In this document: positions 24,340 through 35,740 of the stretch, piece by piece | Numbering within the stretch: position 1 is the first letter of the stretch | How the letters are laid out: the number at the start of each line of letters is the position of its first letter | From: Lama guanicoe | Taxonomy: Eukaryota | Length of the DNA: 64,000 bases | Direction: 5' to 3' | Assembly: GCA_013239625.1 (NCBI GenBank) | Contig: MU054323.1 | Span: 558,001 to 622,000, forward strand | The notes under the pieces: model-generated | Database searches by the model: none | What the model was told of the DNA's origin: nothing | Seen by the model: the letters and a program-made list of their open reading frames with translations, nothing else | Position numbers and translations under genes: made by a program

Positions 24340-25275
24340 CAAAAAGCAAAATAGGAAAAAGTTTGCAAACTTGTATCTGACAAAGGACATGAATCCAGAA
24401 TATATATCAAACTCTCATAATTAAAACATAAGAGAACAGACAACTCATAGACAAAAGGCTTGAAAAGTCACTTGAAAAAAGAGAAGAAACTTTACAAAAA
24501 ACACATGCCAAGGTGTTCCACCTCAATAGCCACCAGGAAACTGCAAGTTGAAAACAATGAGCTGCTACAACACACACTCTACGTTGGCTAAAATGAACAA
24601 GATTGACAACAGCAACTGTTGATAAGGGTGTGGAGTAACTGGAATACTCAAGACACTGCTGGTGGGAATGTAGAATTGCATCCACATTGTGGAAAACAGG
24701 TTAGCAGTTTTTTAAAAAGTTGAACACATACCATAACATCCACTCCTAGGAATTCCCCCAACAGAACAGAAATATGTTTACAGAAAGACTTATATTCAGA
24801 TGCTCAAAGCAGCTTTGTTTGTAATAGCTGAAAACTGGAAACAACCCAAACGTCCATCAATGAGTGAACGAGAAACAGACTGTGCACATCCTTACAATAG
24901 AATGCTTCTTCTGCAATTAAAAGGAATCAACTATTGATACACACAACAATTTGGATGGATCTCTAAATAATGTGCTGAATAAAAATAGTGAGGCAAAAAA
25001 GAAAGCACATTCTGGGTGACGCCCTTTATATAACATTCTAGAAAATGTCAATTAACCTATGATGAAAAGTGACAGAAAGATAATCAGTGGTTTTCTCTGG
25101 CCAGAGATGAAGGGAGGGATGGATCACTAAGAGCCAAGAGGAAACTGGGAGGAATGATGGAGATGTTCTTTGCAGGTGCAAAGCCGAAGTCATCAAACAG
25201 TCAAAGTAATTAAATGGTGCCCATTACCCGTTAGAGGTTTATTGTATGTAATTATACTTCAGTACAGAAGGTTAA
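24340..25275 (+). mobile_element. Old L1 (ORF2 end plus 3' UTR, L1ME/MD-type)
   Basis: TTTGCAAACTTGTATCTGACAAAGG..TCCAGAATATAT; ACTGCTGGTGGGAATGTA; AACTGGAAACAACCCAAACGTCCATCAA; TTTATTGTATGTAATTATACTTCA. Preceded by an antisense L2 terminus at ~24260-24335. Confidence 0.85.
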
Positions 25276-25742
25276 ATGAAGTAGAGAGACAGGCAAGTGA
25301 GAACAGGGTGGTGCCTATACTGGACTACAGTTCTGAGCACGTTCTGAGAGCTCAGAGGAGGGAGGAGTCAAATCCAGGTCCCATTGGTGAATCTTCTCAG
25401 CTTGGGGTCCAGGCCCAGGGGATTTTTAAGAGGGGCCGCCCTGTCTTAGATCTGAAAGTGCTCATTAGCAGGCAGTTCTTGCTTTTCCTGTGTTGGATGT
25501 GTCTTGCTTTTCAGAGACTGTCACCTAGAATAAGAAGGAATCTTGGACTGGGAGTCAGCAAAGAGCAGCTTTTTTTTTTCCCAGAAGCTTTTTGCTTGAT
25601 TTTGCATAATGAGTCTTTTCTCCTGGGGCCTCAAAATTCAAATCTACAAATTGAGGGAACTGACCTGGAGCTCATGATGATCAGAAAGGTTCTCTATAAC
25701 CTTGACATTTTAAAAACTGTTTAGCTTCCTTGCTTTTTTTTT

Positions 25743-25902
25743 NNNNNNNNNNNNNNNNNNNNNNNNNNNNNNNNNNNNNNNNNNNNNNNNNNNNNNNNNN
25801 NNNNNNNNNNNNNNNNNNNNNNNNNNNNNNNNNNNNNNNNNNNNNNNNNNNNNNNNNNNNNNNNNNNNNNNNNNNNNNNNNNNNNNNNNNNNNNNNNNNN
25901 NN
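25743..25902. other. Assembly gap (160 N)
   Basis: Run of N flanked by two copies of the same ~290 bp (25450-25742 and 25903-26190). Confidence 0.99.
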
Positions 25903-26620
25903 ATCTGAAAGTTTAGCAGGCAGTTCTTGCTTTTCCTGTGTTGGATGTGTCTTGCTTTTCAGAGACTGTCACCTAGAATAAGAAGAAATTTGGGACGGGG
26001 AGTCAGAAAAGAGCAGTTTTTTTTTTCCCAGAAGCTTTTTGCTTGATTTTGCATAATGAGTCTTTTCTCCTGGGGCCTCAAAATTCAAATCTACAAATTG
26101 AGGGAACTGACCTGGAGCTCATGATGATCAGAAAGGTTCTCTATAACCTTGACATTTTAAAAACTGTTTAGCTTCCTTGCTTTTTTTTTTAATATATAAA
26201 GTGATTTTTTTCAGGAACATATTTTTCAAAGATAATGAGGGAATTCAAAGTCCTTGACATTAAACCTAACCTGCCTAAACTTCCTCTCTGCAACCCCTCC
26301 TGCCAATCCCTTCTGTTCATCTCCACTCCTTCACTCACCGTTTGTACCATGTGCTCTAGGCAAGTGGAGTTCTGTGCCATTTCTACCAGATTGCAGGCTC
26401 TTCTGGACTTCTGTGCTTTTGTACATGTTCTTCCTGCTGCTGGGTCCCGTTCTGTCGCTAAGGCTGAGAGGATGAGTGAATCACAGGATCTCATACATGG
26501 CAAGAGGTATCTGTTCGGCAGACGTTTTTTTCAGTGCCTCGTATGTGCCAGGCACTTGCTTGCACTGGGTACGCAGTAGAGAAGAAAACAAATTCCTTAC
26601 TATCACGCCTCTTTTTTTTC

Positions 26621-27100
26621 GGTAATAGGGAAGAACGAATCATCTGTTCCTTTAGCTCTAACTCTGTGCTCTGTTTCCTGTGCTTAGTCATGATGGTTCT
26701 GTATCTTTTGTGAAAGAATGTTGCCTATAACCTGAAATCAACAGGACAGCCCATTCTCAAGGCTCTGACCTTTAAGGGTGTAACACTTTTCCATTCATAT
26801 AGAGATAAAAAGTTGCAGAACAGAGAAGAGCATTTGTCTTTTTGGAGGTTTACAGGAACATCATGACCTGACCAATGTGGATTCTGACACCAGGAAGTTT
26901 TCAACAATCAACCACACCCCCACATCCCCTTATAGTATAAAAGAAGCCTGAATTCTAACTCAGGGAAGATGGTTCTTTGAGTCACTAGTTCTTGGTGAAC
27001 TAGATTTCCAAGTAAAGTTGCTATTCCTTGCCCCAACACCTTGTCTCCTGATTTATTGGCCTGTTGTGCAGTGAGCAGCAGGAACTTGGACTTGGTAACA
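26621..27100 (+). mobile_element. ERV solo LTR (ERV1-class, MER4-group-like), copy A
   Basis: 480 bp, GGTAATAGGGAAGAAC...GGACTTGGTAACA. TATAAAAG at ~26936 and an AGTAAA poly(A)-like signal at ~27011. 4-bp TSD TTTC/CTTC. Homologous to 54224-54746. Confidence 0.85.
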
Positions 27101-27543
27101 CTTCCAGTGGGAAGAAACATAACCAACGAGATTGATAAGTATTCTATTAAATGATGATATGTGCTAGGAAGGGCACCAGTGTATGGTGGATAAAGCAAGT
27201 GGGTAGGGGTGAACTATTACATATCAGGTGATGGGAGAGGGCCTTTCTGCCTCTCTAACAGAGAGCAGAGGGAAGTGAGGGAATGAGCCATGGATATCTG
27301 AGAAAAACTATTCAGGATAGAGGAAACAAGAATCACATCTCTGAGGTGAGGACCTGCATGGAGTTGTCAAGACACGGCAAGGACGCCAGTGTTGCTGCCA
27401 TAGGTGGAAGGAGGGAGTGTGGCAGGAGATGCAATCAGAGGGCCCATAGGGTCAGCTCACATCAGCTGTGGCAAGGAATCTGATTTTACTCAAAGTGAAA
27501 TAGAATAATGCTGAAAGATTCAGATCAGAAAATGAATGGGGTC

Positions 27544-28003
27544 TGATATTAGATTCCGAGGGCTGCCAAACTTGATGGTGTAAAGCAACAGAAATTAATC
27601 GTCTCACGGGTTCTGGAGTCCAGAAACCCCAAACTAAGGCATCAACAGCTCCACACTCCCTCCAGAGGCTTCAGGGGAGACTCTTTCCTTGCCTCTTTTA
27701 GCTTCTGGGGGCTCCAGGAGTTCCTTGACTCATGGCCTCATCTCTCTCATCTCTACCTCTGTCTTTACATCACTTCTCCTCTATAGGTCTGTGTCTTCTC
27801 TTCTGTGTCTTCTAAGAACACTTGTCATTGGACGTAGGGTCCACTTGGATAATCCAGGATGATCACATTTCAAGATCTTTAACTTAATTTCATCTGCAAA
27901 GACCCTTTTCCCAAATAAGGTGACATTCACAGGGTATTACCTAATATCACTGGATATTAGGACATAGGCATATCTTTTTGAGGGTGACCATTAAGCCACT
28001 GCA
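27544..28003 (-). mobile_element. MaLR solo LTR, MLT1C-like
   Basis: AGCAACAGAAATTAATCGTCTCAC..GTTCTGGAG; CTTGTCATTGGA..TAGGG.CCAC..GATAATCCAGGATGATC; ATCTGCAAAGACCCTTTTCCCAAATAAGGT. Confidence 0.9.
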
Positions 28004-29149
28004 CATGAATCATTCTCTCTGCTTATGGAGAACAGTTTGTAGGAAGACAAGGATGGAGACAGGGAGACCAGACAGGATGCATATGCAATTTTTCAGGTGA
28101 GAGATGCTATGGTTTGAGCCGGGATGGTGAAGTGGAGGTGATAGAAGTTGATGCTCCTATTTTAAACATGGAGCCAAGTTTGAAGGAGACTGGTGAAAGG
28201 TGGACAGGAGCCTAGGATTTCTTCCAAGATGGAAGGAAATCGACATTAACAGAAATGAGAATAATTGTGGGAGGAACATTTGGGGAAGTGAGGCATAATC
28301 AAGATTTTGGTTTTGGATACTGACACATATTTTTTCCCTGTTGGACATCAAAGTTGTGATGTTGAGTAAGTTTTGGATATGTCAGTCTGGAGTTCACAAG
28401 AGAGGCTGTTGCTTTAGATGTACATTGGTGAGCCATCAGTGGGGACAGGATGAGATCATCCATGAAGTGAGGGTAGACGGAAAAAAGGAGGTCAGAGGAT
28501 GGAACCCTGGAGCTCTCCAGCATCGAGCAGTCAGGAGAAAGGGTGAGAAACCAACCAAAGAGACAGAAAAAGCAGCTACCGGTTGGAAAACCCAAAGCTG
28601 GGATTTGATTGAAATCTTTCCGAACCCAAACTTCTTTTCCAACACCATATTGAGAGGAAGAACTGTGAGTTAGAAATCTCTGCTTCTTCACTGGCTCTCA
28701 CAGGACCAGCAGAGAGCAGATGTCAGTTACGTACTGTACTTGCCTTGTAATGAGAAGGATCCCAGACGTGGTACCGTGTAGGCTGAAGACTCTCCGGGGG
28801 TGATGTTCAAAGTGATTGGTGAAACAGGGTGGGAAGAGGGCAGTGAATAAGGTAGGATCTTGACTTTCCTCCACCAGCTGGAGAGAACCTATTCGTCAGG
28901 TTGGCATTTTAGGAAGTCCTCAGCCATCCCGGGCAGTACCAGACAGAGAGGCTAAAAAGAAAGCCAGTTAAGTAGAGGCTATGGCTGTCTGGTATGTGGG
29001 CATGGGAAGATATGAAAGGCAGAAAAAATGGGACAAGAAAGAGGAGAAGGTGCGATCATGATGAAGAGAAGAGTGGGGCGCAGGGGCACAGAGCTCCCTG
29101 GGTGCCTGGGAGTGGTGTGGCATGGCATGGCATGGCCGGGATGGGGACT

Positions 29150-29295
29150 TTTGCTGCAGTCACAGTTCTACACATTTCTGCATGTCAGTTTTCCCATCTG
29201 TAAGTGGGGATGGACCCTGCTCACCTTGTAACTTTGTGAGGAGGATCAAACAAGAATATACAACTGAAACATCTTGCAAATGACGAGCACTGGGA
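29150..29295 (+). mobile_element. MIR
   Basis: TCAGTTTTCCCATCTGTAAGTGGGGAT..TTGTGAGGAGGATCAAA. Confidence 0.7.
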
Positions 29296-29689
29296 CCGGG
29301 GAAAGGATTCATTTGGAAGGAGAGGTCAACAGCAGTAGCTTGGAAATGATAATCTGTCATTACAAGCATGTTGACTCTTACTGTGTCCATCTAATTAAGT
29401 ACAACAGATATATATGGAGTTCCTAACCTGTGCCTAGCTCCGTGTCCATCTTTGGAGGAACACAAAAGGATCAGACAAGAGCCTCACTCTCAAGGGCTTC
29501 TTGACCAAGTGCGGTGGTAGGTGGGGGAAGCCAGCTCGGCTTGTGCACAGTGAGTGTCTTAATTCTTTCTGATGCTTCTTGAGGGCTTCCTATGTCAGTG
29601 GTCATCCTATTGTAGGCTCAGAAGAATGAGCAGTGAATAGCAGCGTTATCTGCATATTCCAGGCTAGGGGAGGATGTATTCATAGAGGT

Positions 29690-29818
29690 AAAGGAAGCAG
29701 TTTGGGAGTTTATAGCATGCAAATTCTTGGGCCATTCCCTAGACCAGCTCTATCAGAATCTGCACTTTAACACGATCTCCAGGTGACTCACGGGCACATT
29801 AAAATTGCCGATGCACTG
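29690..29818 (+). mobile_element. MER5A1/MER5B-like hAT MITE
   Basis: ATGCAAATTCTTGGGCC..CCTAGACC..ATCAGAATCTGCACTTTAACACGATCTCCAGGTGACTC..GCACATTAAA. Confidence 0.75.
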
Positions 29819-30003
29819 ACACTATTGACATTTTGGGCTGGATACTTCTTTGGGGGAAATGCCCTGTGCTTTGTGGAATGTTTAGCAGCACCCCTGGCCT
29901 CTGCCCACCAGGTCCTAGGAGCAGTCGTGAAAGCCAAAAATGTCTTCACACATCCTCCCGATGTGCCCTGGGAGGCAAAGTCACCCCTCCGTTGTGACCA
30001 CTG
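29815..30003 (+). mobile_element. MER20 hAT MITE
   Basis: CACTATTGACATTTTGGGCTGGATA..CCTGTGC..TGTTTAGCAGCACCCCTGGCCTCT..CCAAAAATGTCT..CCCTGGGAGGCAAAGTCACCCC..ACCACTG. Confidence 0.85.
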
Positions 30004-30011
30004 GGCTAGAG

Positions 30012-30201
30012 CAGGGCTTCTCAAAATGTGGTCCTAGACTGACAGCATCAGTAGGACCTGGAAACTTATTAGGAATGCAGATTCTCAGACGTCACCTCAG
30101 ACCCACTGAGTCAGAAACTCAGGGGGGGTGGGGCTGAGCGACCCGTGTTTTGACAAATCCTCCAAGTGATTGTGACAAACACTGAAATGCGTTGGAACAG
30201 T
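30012..30201 (+). mobile_element. MER5A hAT MITE
   Basis: CAGGGCTTCTCAAAATGTGGTCC..CAGCATCAG..ATGCAGATTCTC..CACTGAGTCAGAAACTC.GGGGGGTGGGG..GTGTTTTGACAA..CTCCAAGTGATT. Confidence 0.9.
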
Positions 30202-31253
30202 GAGTCGTTCTCATTCCTGGAGGCACAAAAGCTTAGAACAGTAAATAACGCCCAGGACCCACCCCAAACCAGCTTCATCAGGTCTCTAGGGGTAAGTGAC
30301 CAGGCGATTCAAACGCCCAGCCCAACAAAACTCAGAACCAACCCAGACAAATGCAGGAGAAGGGATCTGCGAAAGCTCACAGAGGTAGCCAATAAGAAGA
30401 GACTAGGACTCATGTCTCCTAACTCCCCGGTCCAGGGGCCTTTCCTCCAGGAGGATGACAAGGTGACAGACAGCCTCTTGAACTGGCTCCTGAGGAATTC
30501 CACACTCACAGGGCATGTTCAGACACATCTTGGATCAGAAGTCTCAGTGCTTGCAAAACGCTCTCATGTCTGAGAAGTTCCGTGACACAAACTGCCCGGT
30601 GGCGTTCAAAGAAGGAATTCACTGTGTTCATAGCTTTCTGGATTCCAGCTAAGAATTCTAGGCCCCAGATCTTCCTCTCTGCCTGCTGCCCCACCCCTGA
30701 CACCCTGCGGTCAGAATGTTTGCAGACTTCTTTCCACAGGGCTCCCTAGGTGCTGTTGTCCTCTCCGGCAACACCAGAAACGTCAACACTCATATAAAAA
30801 TGTTTGTCACAGGTGATAACCCACATAGTCACTCAAGCACCGCAGGACAAAAATAGGCAGAAGGAGCTTTTGAAATTCTTTGGGGAAGATAGGCAGTAAG
30901 TGGGTTTCACACGCTTCCCTTAGCATCCTCGCGCGCTGTTAAAAAACAAGCTCAGAAGACAGCGCCTAGGGAAGCCAGACACTTTCTATGAAAGGCTCTC
31001 ATGTTTTGTCGTGACCTGAGTCCAGACAGCTCCTGGCCGGCTCACAGTCCTCACCTTCACAGTCGTCACGACAATTCTGAGGACAGGGATTTAGCTCCAC
31101 TTTGCTGCTCTGGAAGCTGAGGCTCAGAAAGTTCTCACTGAGTGCTGACTACTGAGCTCTGTGCCAGCACTGGGAGGGATGATGGTTTGGCCAACCTGTA
31201 CAGAGCCTGGACTTGAACGAAACGGTCAAGAGATAAACAATATGCCACGGGGT

Positions 31254-31858
31254 TGTGCTGATGATTAACTTTGGTCTCTTGGCCAAATCTGCTCCGTAAT
31301 CTGCTCTGTGATGCCGGGGCTGGGAGTCTGTGAACCACATTTCCCAGACTCCTTTGCCAGCTGGCTTCCAATTAGGTTCCAGCACCAGGGGAGGTCAAGG
31401 AGGCTCTCTTCCTGTTTTGCCCAGTTCTTCCAGCAGCAGTGGGGAGCTCCCGCCCCTCAGAGTGTGTGATGCTGCAAACACGGGCTATGCCTTTGGGCTG
31501 CCCTCTGAGCACCACCATCCAAGCATCGAGGTCTCAGTGCCACCTGTGGAAAAAGTCCCAGTGCCAGCTGGACACATCCACAGACACATAGCAGCCTCTC
31601 AGAGGTCAGAGCCCTAGCCCCATGGGCCCCTCCTCTGAAATTCTAGATCTTGGTGACTCTACCTCTTCCCGTTTAGTCTCCACACCGAGGGCCAGTCAGC
31701 GATGGCGCCCTGAAGCCAGGGCTCTCTGGGTTAACCCAGTGTCAATTCTTAAAAACCTTTTCAGCTTTTCATCACTTGGGTAACAGCCCCCACCCCAGAT
31801 TAATCCCGTCCATTTGGAATCACAGTTTCCAGGCCCTGGCTGGACCCTGACTGATTCA
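31254..31858 (+). mobile_element. ERVL solo LTR (LTR33/LTR41-like)
   Basis: TG start, CTGCTCTGTGATGCCGGGGCTGGGAGTCTG..ACCACATTTCCCAGACTCCTTTGCCAGCTGGCTTCC, and end CTGGACCCTGACTGATTCA. Confidence 0.7.
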
Positions 31859-31869
31859 GGAAGCCAAAC

Positions 31870-32350
31870 TCGGGGAAGGCCTTCCTGAAAAGTGACAAAG
31901 CAGCGAGGAGGAGTATGAATGCAAGGTAGGTGAGTGAAGAGAGGAAGGGAAGCTGTGTCAGAAGATGTGCAAAGGCCCTGGAGTATGTGAGAGGCTCAGA
32001 GAAGAGTGGAGTGTGGAGTGAGCGTGGAACATGGTGAGGCTGGTGAGGGCTGCCGAGGCCATATTTTGAGGGTCTTGCAGACAGGGAGCGGGCTGTGAGC
32101 AGCCTCTCCTCCAGGATCTCATGTGACGCCCTGGCTTGTAAGTCGTGTGAAAGATGCTGGGTCTTATCTCAAGGGTAGTGGAGGATCATTAAATGAGTTT
32201 AAGCAGATGAGGTACCTAATGTTATCTGTATTTGAAAAAGGGTTACTTTATTAGGGTGTGGAGGATACACCGGAGAGAAGCTAAGGGGAAATAAGAGTCC
32301 CATGAGGAAGTGGTTGTAGCGGTTCTCCAGGGAGAGAGAGGAATGGGGCT
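31870..32350 (-). mobile_element. L2 fragment
   Basis: GGGAAGGCCTTCCTGAA..ATGTGCAAAGGCCCTGGAG..GAGTTTAAGCAGA..ATTTGAAAAAG. Confidence 0.6.
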
Positions 32351-32630
32351 TCAGTGTGACGTCACTGGCTTTCGAACCAATGTTAGTCACCCCCTCTTAC
32401 TGCTCAACCATCTATAAAATGAAGGGGTTAGCCCAGAGCAAGGATTCTTCGGCTGGGGTATGAGCACAGGAGACCGTGGGTGGGTGTTGGAGGTTGCACA
32501 TCCTCTGAGATTGTTCACACAAATGGTTGGACACATGTCCACATACCCCTTTGTCCACGGGGAGAAGTTCCCTGGCTTTCACTGTGTTCTCGAAGAGGTG
32601 AGGAATCCCAGAGTTTAAAACCCTATCCAC

Positions 32631-33180
32631 ACATATTAGTTAATATCTGCAGATTCCAAACTTTCAGTGTATCCCTTCCCACCCGTGTGCCCCCCGGTAA
32701 CCCCAAGCTTGTTTCCTATGTCTGTGAGAATGTTTCTGTTTTGTAAATAAATTCATCTGTCTCATTTTTTAGATTCCACATATAAGTGATATCATATGGT
32801 ATTGTCCTTTCTCTTTCTGGCTTACTTCACTTAGAATGACGATCTCCAGGTCCATCCATGTCATGGCAAATGACATTATTTTATTCCTTTTATGGCTGAG
32901 TAGTATTCCATTGTATATATACCACATCTTCTTTATCCAGTCATCTGTTGATGGATATTTAGGTTGCTTCTATGTCTTGACTGTTGTAAATAGTGCTGCT
33001 ATGAAGGTCCTACTGTACAACACAGGGAACTATATTCAATACCTTGTAATGGCCTATAATTAAAAAGAATACAGAAAGGAATATATATATATATTATAGA
33101 TGTATAACTGAATCACTATGCTGTACACCAGAAATTAACACAACATTGTAAGCCGACTATACATCAATTAAAATAAAAAT
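32631..33180. mobile_element. 5'-truncated, 5'-inverted L1 (younger, artiodactyl/camelid-type 3' end)
   Basis: 32631-33005 is antisense L1 ORF2-end/3'UTR (TTAGATTCCACATATAAGTGATATCATATGGTATT..CTGGCTTACTTCACTTAG). 33004-33180 is sense 3'UTR (AAGGTCCTACTGTACAACACAGGGAACTATATTCAAT..ACTGAATCACT..GCTGTACACCAGAAA..) ending in an A-rich tail. Confidence 0.88.
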
Positions 33181-35059
33181 CCTAGCTAGAACATCATGAA
33201 ATGCACTTGCAGCTCAAACTGCCAATGATTTTCAGTCCTGTGCCTTTCCAGGGAGGAATAAATTCTTAGAACGTTCCCACTGGCTGTGAAAAGTGAGTGA
33301 GGAAGGGGAGGGTGCCCAGACCTGATCCTGGAGGCAGATGGCTGTCCCAGTGGAGCTGTTCCAAGCACAGGTGTGGAGAAAATGCCCATTACTGGGTCGT
33401 TGTCTGAACAGGAGGTGGGGGGTCACCGTTCCGCTGGAGCATCCCAACGGCCAGAGGTGAAGATGAGGGGACCGCTGCTGACACTGTTTCGTCAGCTTGT
33501 GCAAAGGCCCCCTGAGGCCCCCTCCCTACCCTGCCGTCCTGCATGCGAACGAGGGGCAGCTGCAGGGCCTGGGGAGCTCGTCCTGTTCACCTTCCACCGC
33601 TTTCCCTAGCGATCCATTTTTACCTCCCCTCTCTTCCAACACCACTGTGATCTCTCCGGAAAAACAAAATCTAAAATCAGACTCATCCCCTGTCTGATGA
33701 ATTGAGGTCACTGGGTCCCGTCTCCAAAGGGAAATGTAGCTTCATGCTGCAGCGAGACTGGAAATTTTGTTCCTTTTTGTGAAAGTGGGTCAGGCACAGA
33801 CATTTACGGGGCCGGGTTCTTTCTTTCCACGGTGGCCTGAAGTCCCAGCAGGCAGGGCAGCAGCTGGCTCCTCCGTGTGTGGACCCACCCATCCTGCCCA
33901 GACAGCCTGCGGGCTGCATCCTTCACCCTGGGCTCATGGCAGAGAATGCAAATGCCTTTCCGATGACTCCCACATGCCCCATCTTGCTGGGATTTTTCAA
34001 ATTTCTCTGCGGAAGCTCTTTATGGTCTGTGACCCTGGCCGCTGCAGAGCCGAAAAGACAACAGATTTATGGTAGGCCTGGAGAGCCACAATCCAAGGAT
34101 TGCGTTTTCCCTGCTTTCAGTCTGTAATTTATTTTTAAATGATCTTTCGATTATTTATGGATCTCGGCGACTCTGATGATCGGGGTGAACTGCATCTTAT
34201 CAGACTAGCAAAACTAACCGGATTAAAGGGAGGCTCGCACATTTCATCAAAAGGAGGATGCAGAGGGCTGCTGGCCAGTGCAGCTGGACTGGGCCGTCTC
34301 CTTTTGTCCTTGAACAGCTCTGTGGCTCAGGGGAAGCGGCTGGGCCTCAGAGCCAAACCCTCAGGGGTCAACCCTCAGCCGGCTTGCAGCCTTGTAAAGT
34401 GGGGCTCAACACACCCGCAGCAGGCGCTTCCGGTGATGATTTGGGGAGACCATGTAGAACATCTGGCAGGTCTACACCCAGTAAATGCTACGTATGTAAT
34501 TGCTCTTCCCTTCCCTACCTTGCGCTCAGCTCCCCTCTGGACACACACAACTCAAAGCCCAGGATGTAAAGATGATCATCTTTACCTGGGGGTTTTAACA
34601 CATTCAAAATATAAATTCAAACAATAAAGCTGCCTGGAATCCCAGACCCTGATGTTCAAATAACATCCCAAGGTAACGAGGCGAGGGTAGCGGTTTATTG
34701 CTCTCACTGAAATGAAGATCCCCTTCTCCTCCAGCATAATTACAGTTTAGCGGGGCCTCGTCTGAGGCTGATGATTTTCGCAAGTACACAACTGTCTATT
34801 GTTCACCCGTAGCTCGTTACCATGGCGATCTAATTAAAGCAGCATCCGATGCCGCGGTCCATAGGTAGGGGAGGCATGTGCAGCTCCTAGTGGCTGTGGG
34901 GCATGTGGCCTGTCGGTCCCAAGGCCCTTCCCCAAATTCTGAGATGAGGGCTGGTTGTCCAGGATGTGACCCAGAAAAACGCCTTCGTTGTTTGAAATGG
35001 ACTGCGAGTTAGATGCCACTCCCTCTGTGTTGTCTGATGTGAAGATGCAGAGCTAGGTG

Positions 35060-35740
35060 CTGCAGGCTTGCTTTGTGACCTGGGGGAAGTTGCCTAATCT
35101 GCTTCGTCCTCCAGTTTCTCCTGTATAACCAGGATGGCAATAGCTGCTTTGCGGATTAAAGAATAGGTCTGTGAAAGGGCCATGTACAAAAATGCATCGC
35201 CCTCCTTTCTGTTTCATCTCTCCCCAGAGGCAGGAGCACAGTGGGGTTAGGATGAGAGCACAGCCCTTAGGCTTAACAGACTCAGGCCTACATCACGGCC
35301 TGAAGAAGTGGGGGAGTGACCTCTCAGATCTGCCACCTAGCCTGTGAAATGGGGACCACGGTAGCCAGGTCAGGTGATTAGGATGAGGCAATGAGATTAT
35401 GGCAAGTGTCTGGTGTGTGCCTGGCCTACAGTAGGTTTTTGACAAACACCAGGCTGTCAGAAGGACAGTTCAGTGCCGGAACCAGTGGCCACCTTGATGG
35501 GAACAGGTGCGCCATGTATCAGCGTAGGCTCTCAACCCACAGAGGAATTATACAGAGTTGAAATCCTAGTGAGTGGGACCCGGGGCAAGTCACTTAATTT
35601 CTTTATACCACCAGTCTTTTCTGTAAAATGGGACTAATGAGTGATGGAACTGGGCCTAATGAGGAATGAGAGAAACGGTACATAGTCAAGAGAAAGGCAG
35701 GGTTTTGCCCAGGGCACAATGGCTAGTCAGGAGGAGGGAC
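35060..35740. mobile_element. Cluster of MIR fragments
   Basis: Repeated MIR cores: TTTGTGACCTGGGGGAAGTTGCCTAA (35072), CTGTGAAATGGGGA (35342), GGGCAAGTCACTTAA..CTGTAAAATGGG (35583), and antisense TTTGCCCAGGG.ACA.TGGCTAGT (~35705). Confidence 0.65.

Larger units (their letters stand above)
26505..28620 (-). mobile_element. L2 (L2a-like), interrupted by an ERV1 LTR and MLT1C
   Basis: Terminus CAGTGCCTCGTATGTGCCAGGCAC, continuing after the insertions with GAATGAGCCATGGATATCTG, CAGGTGAGAGATG and TTGGATATGTCAGTCTGGAGTTCA. Confidence 0.8.

Noticed and set aside
25170..25724. Longest ORF (184 aa)
   Set aside because: It starts at TTG in an L1 3' UTR, runs into MIR-like sequence beside the assembly gap, and shows no recognisable domain.
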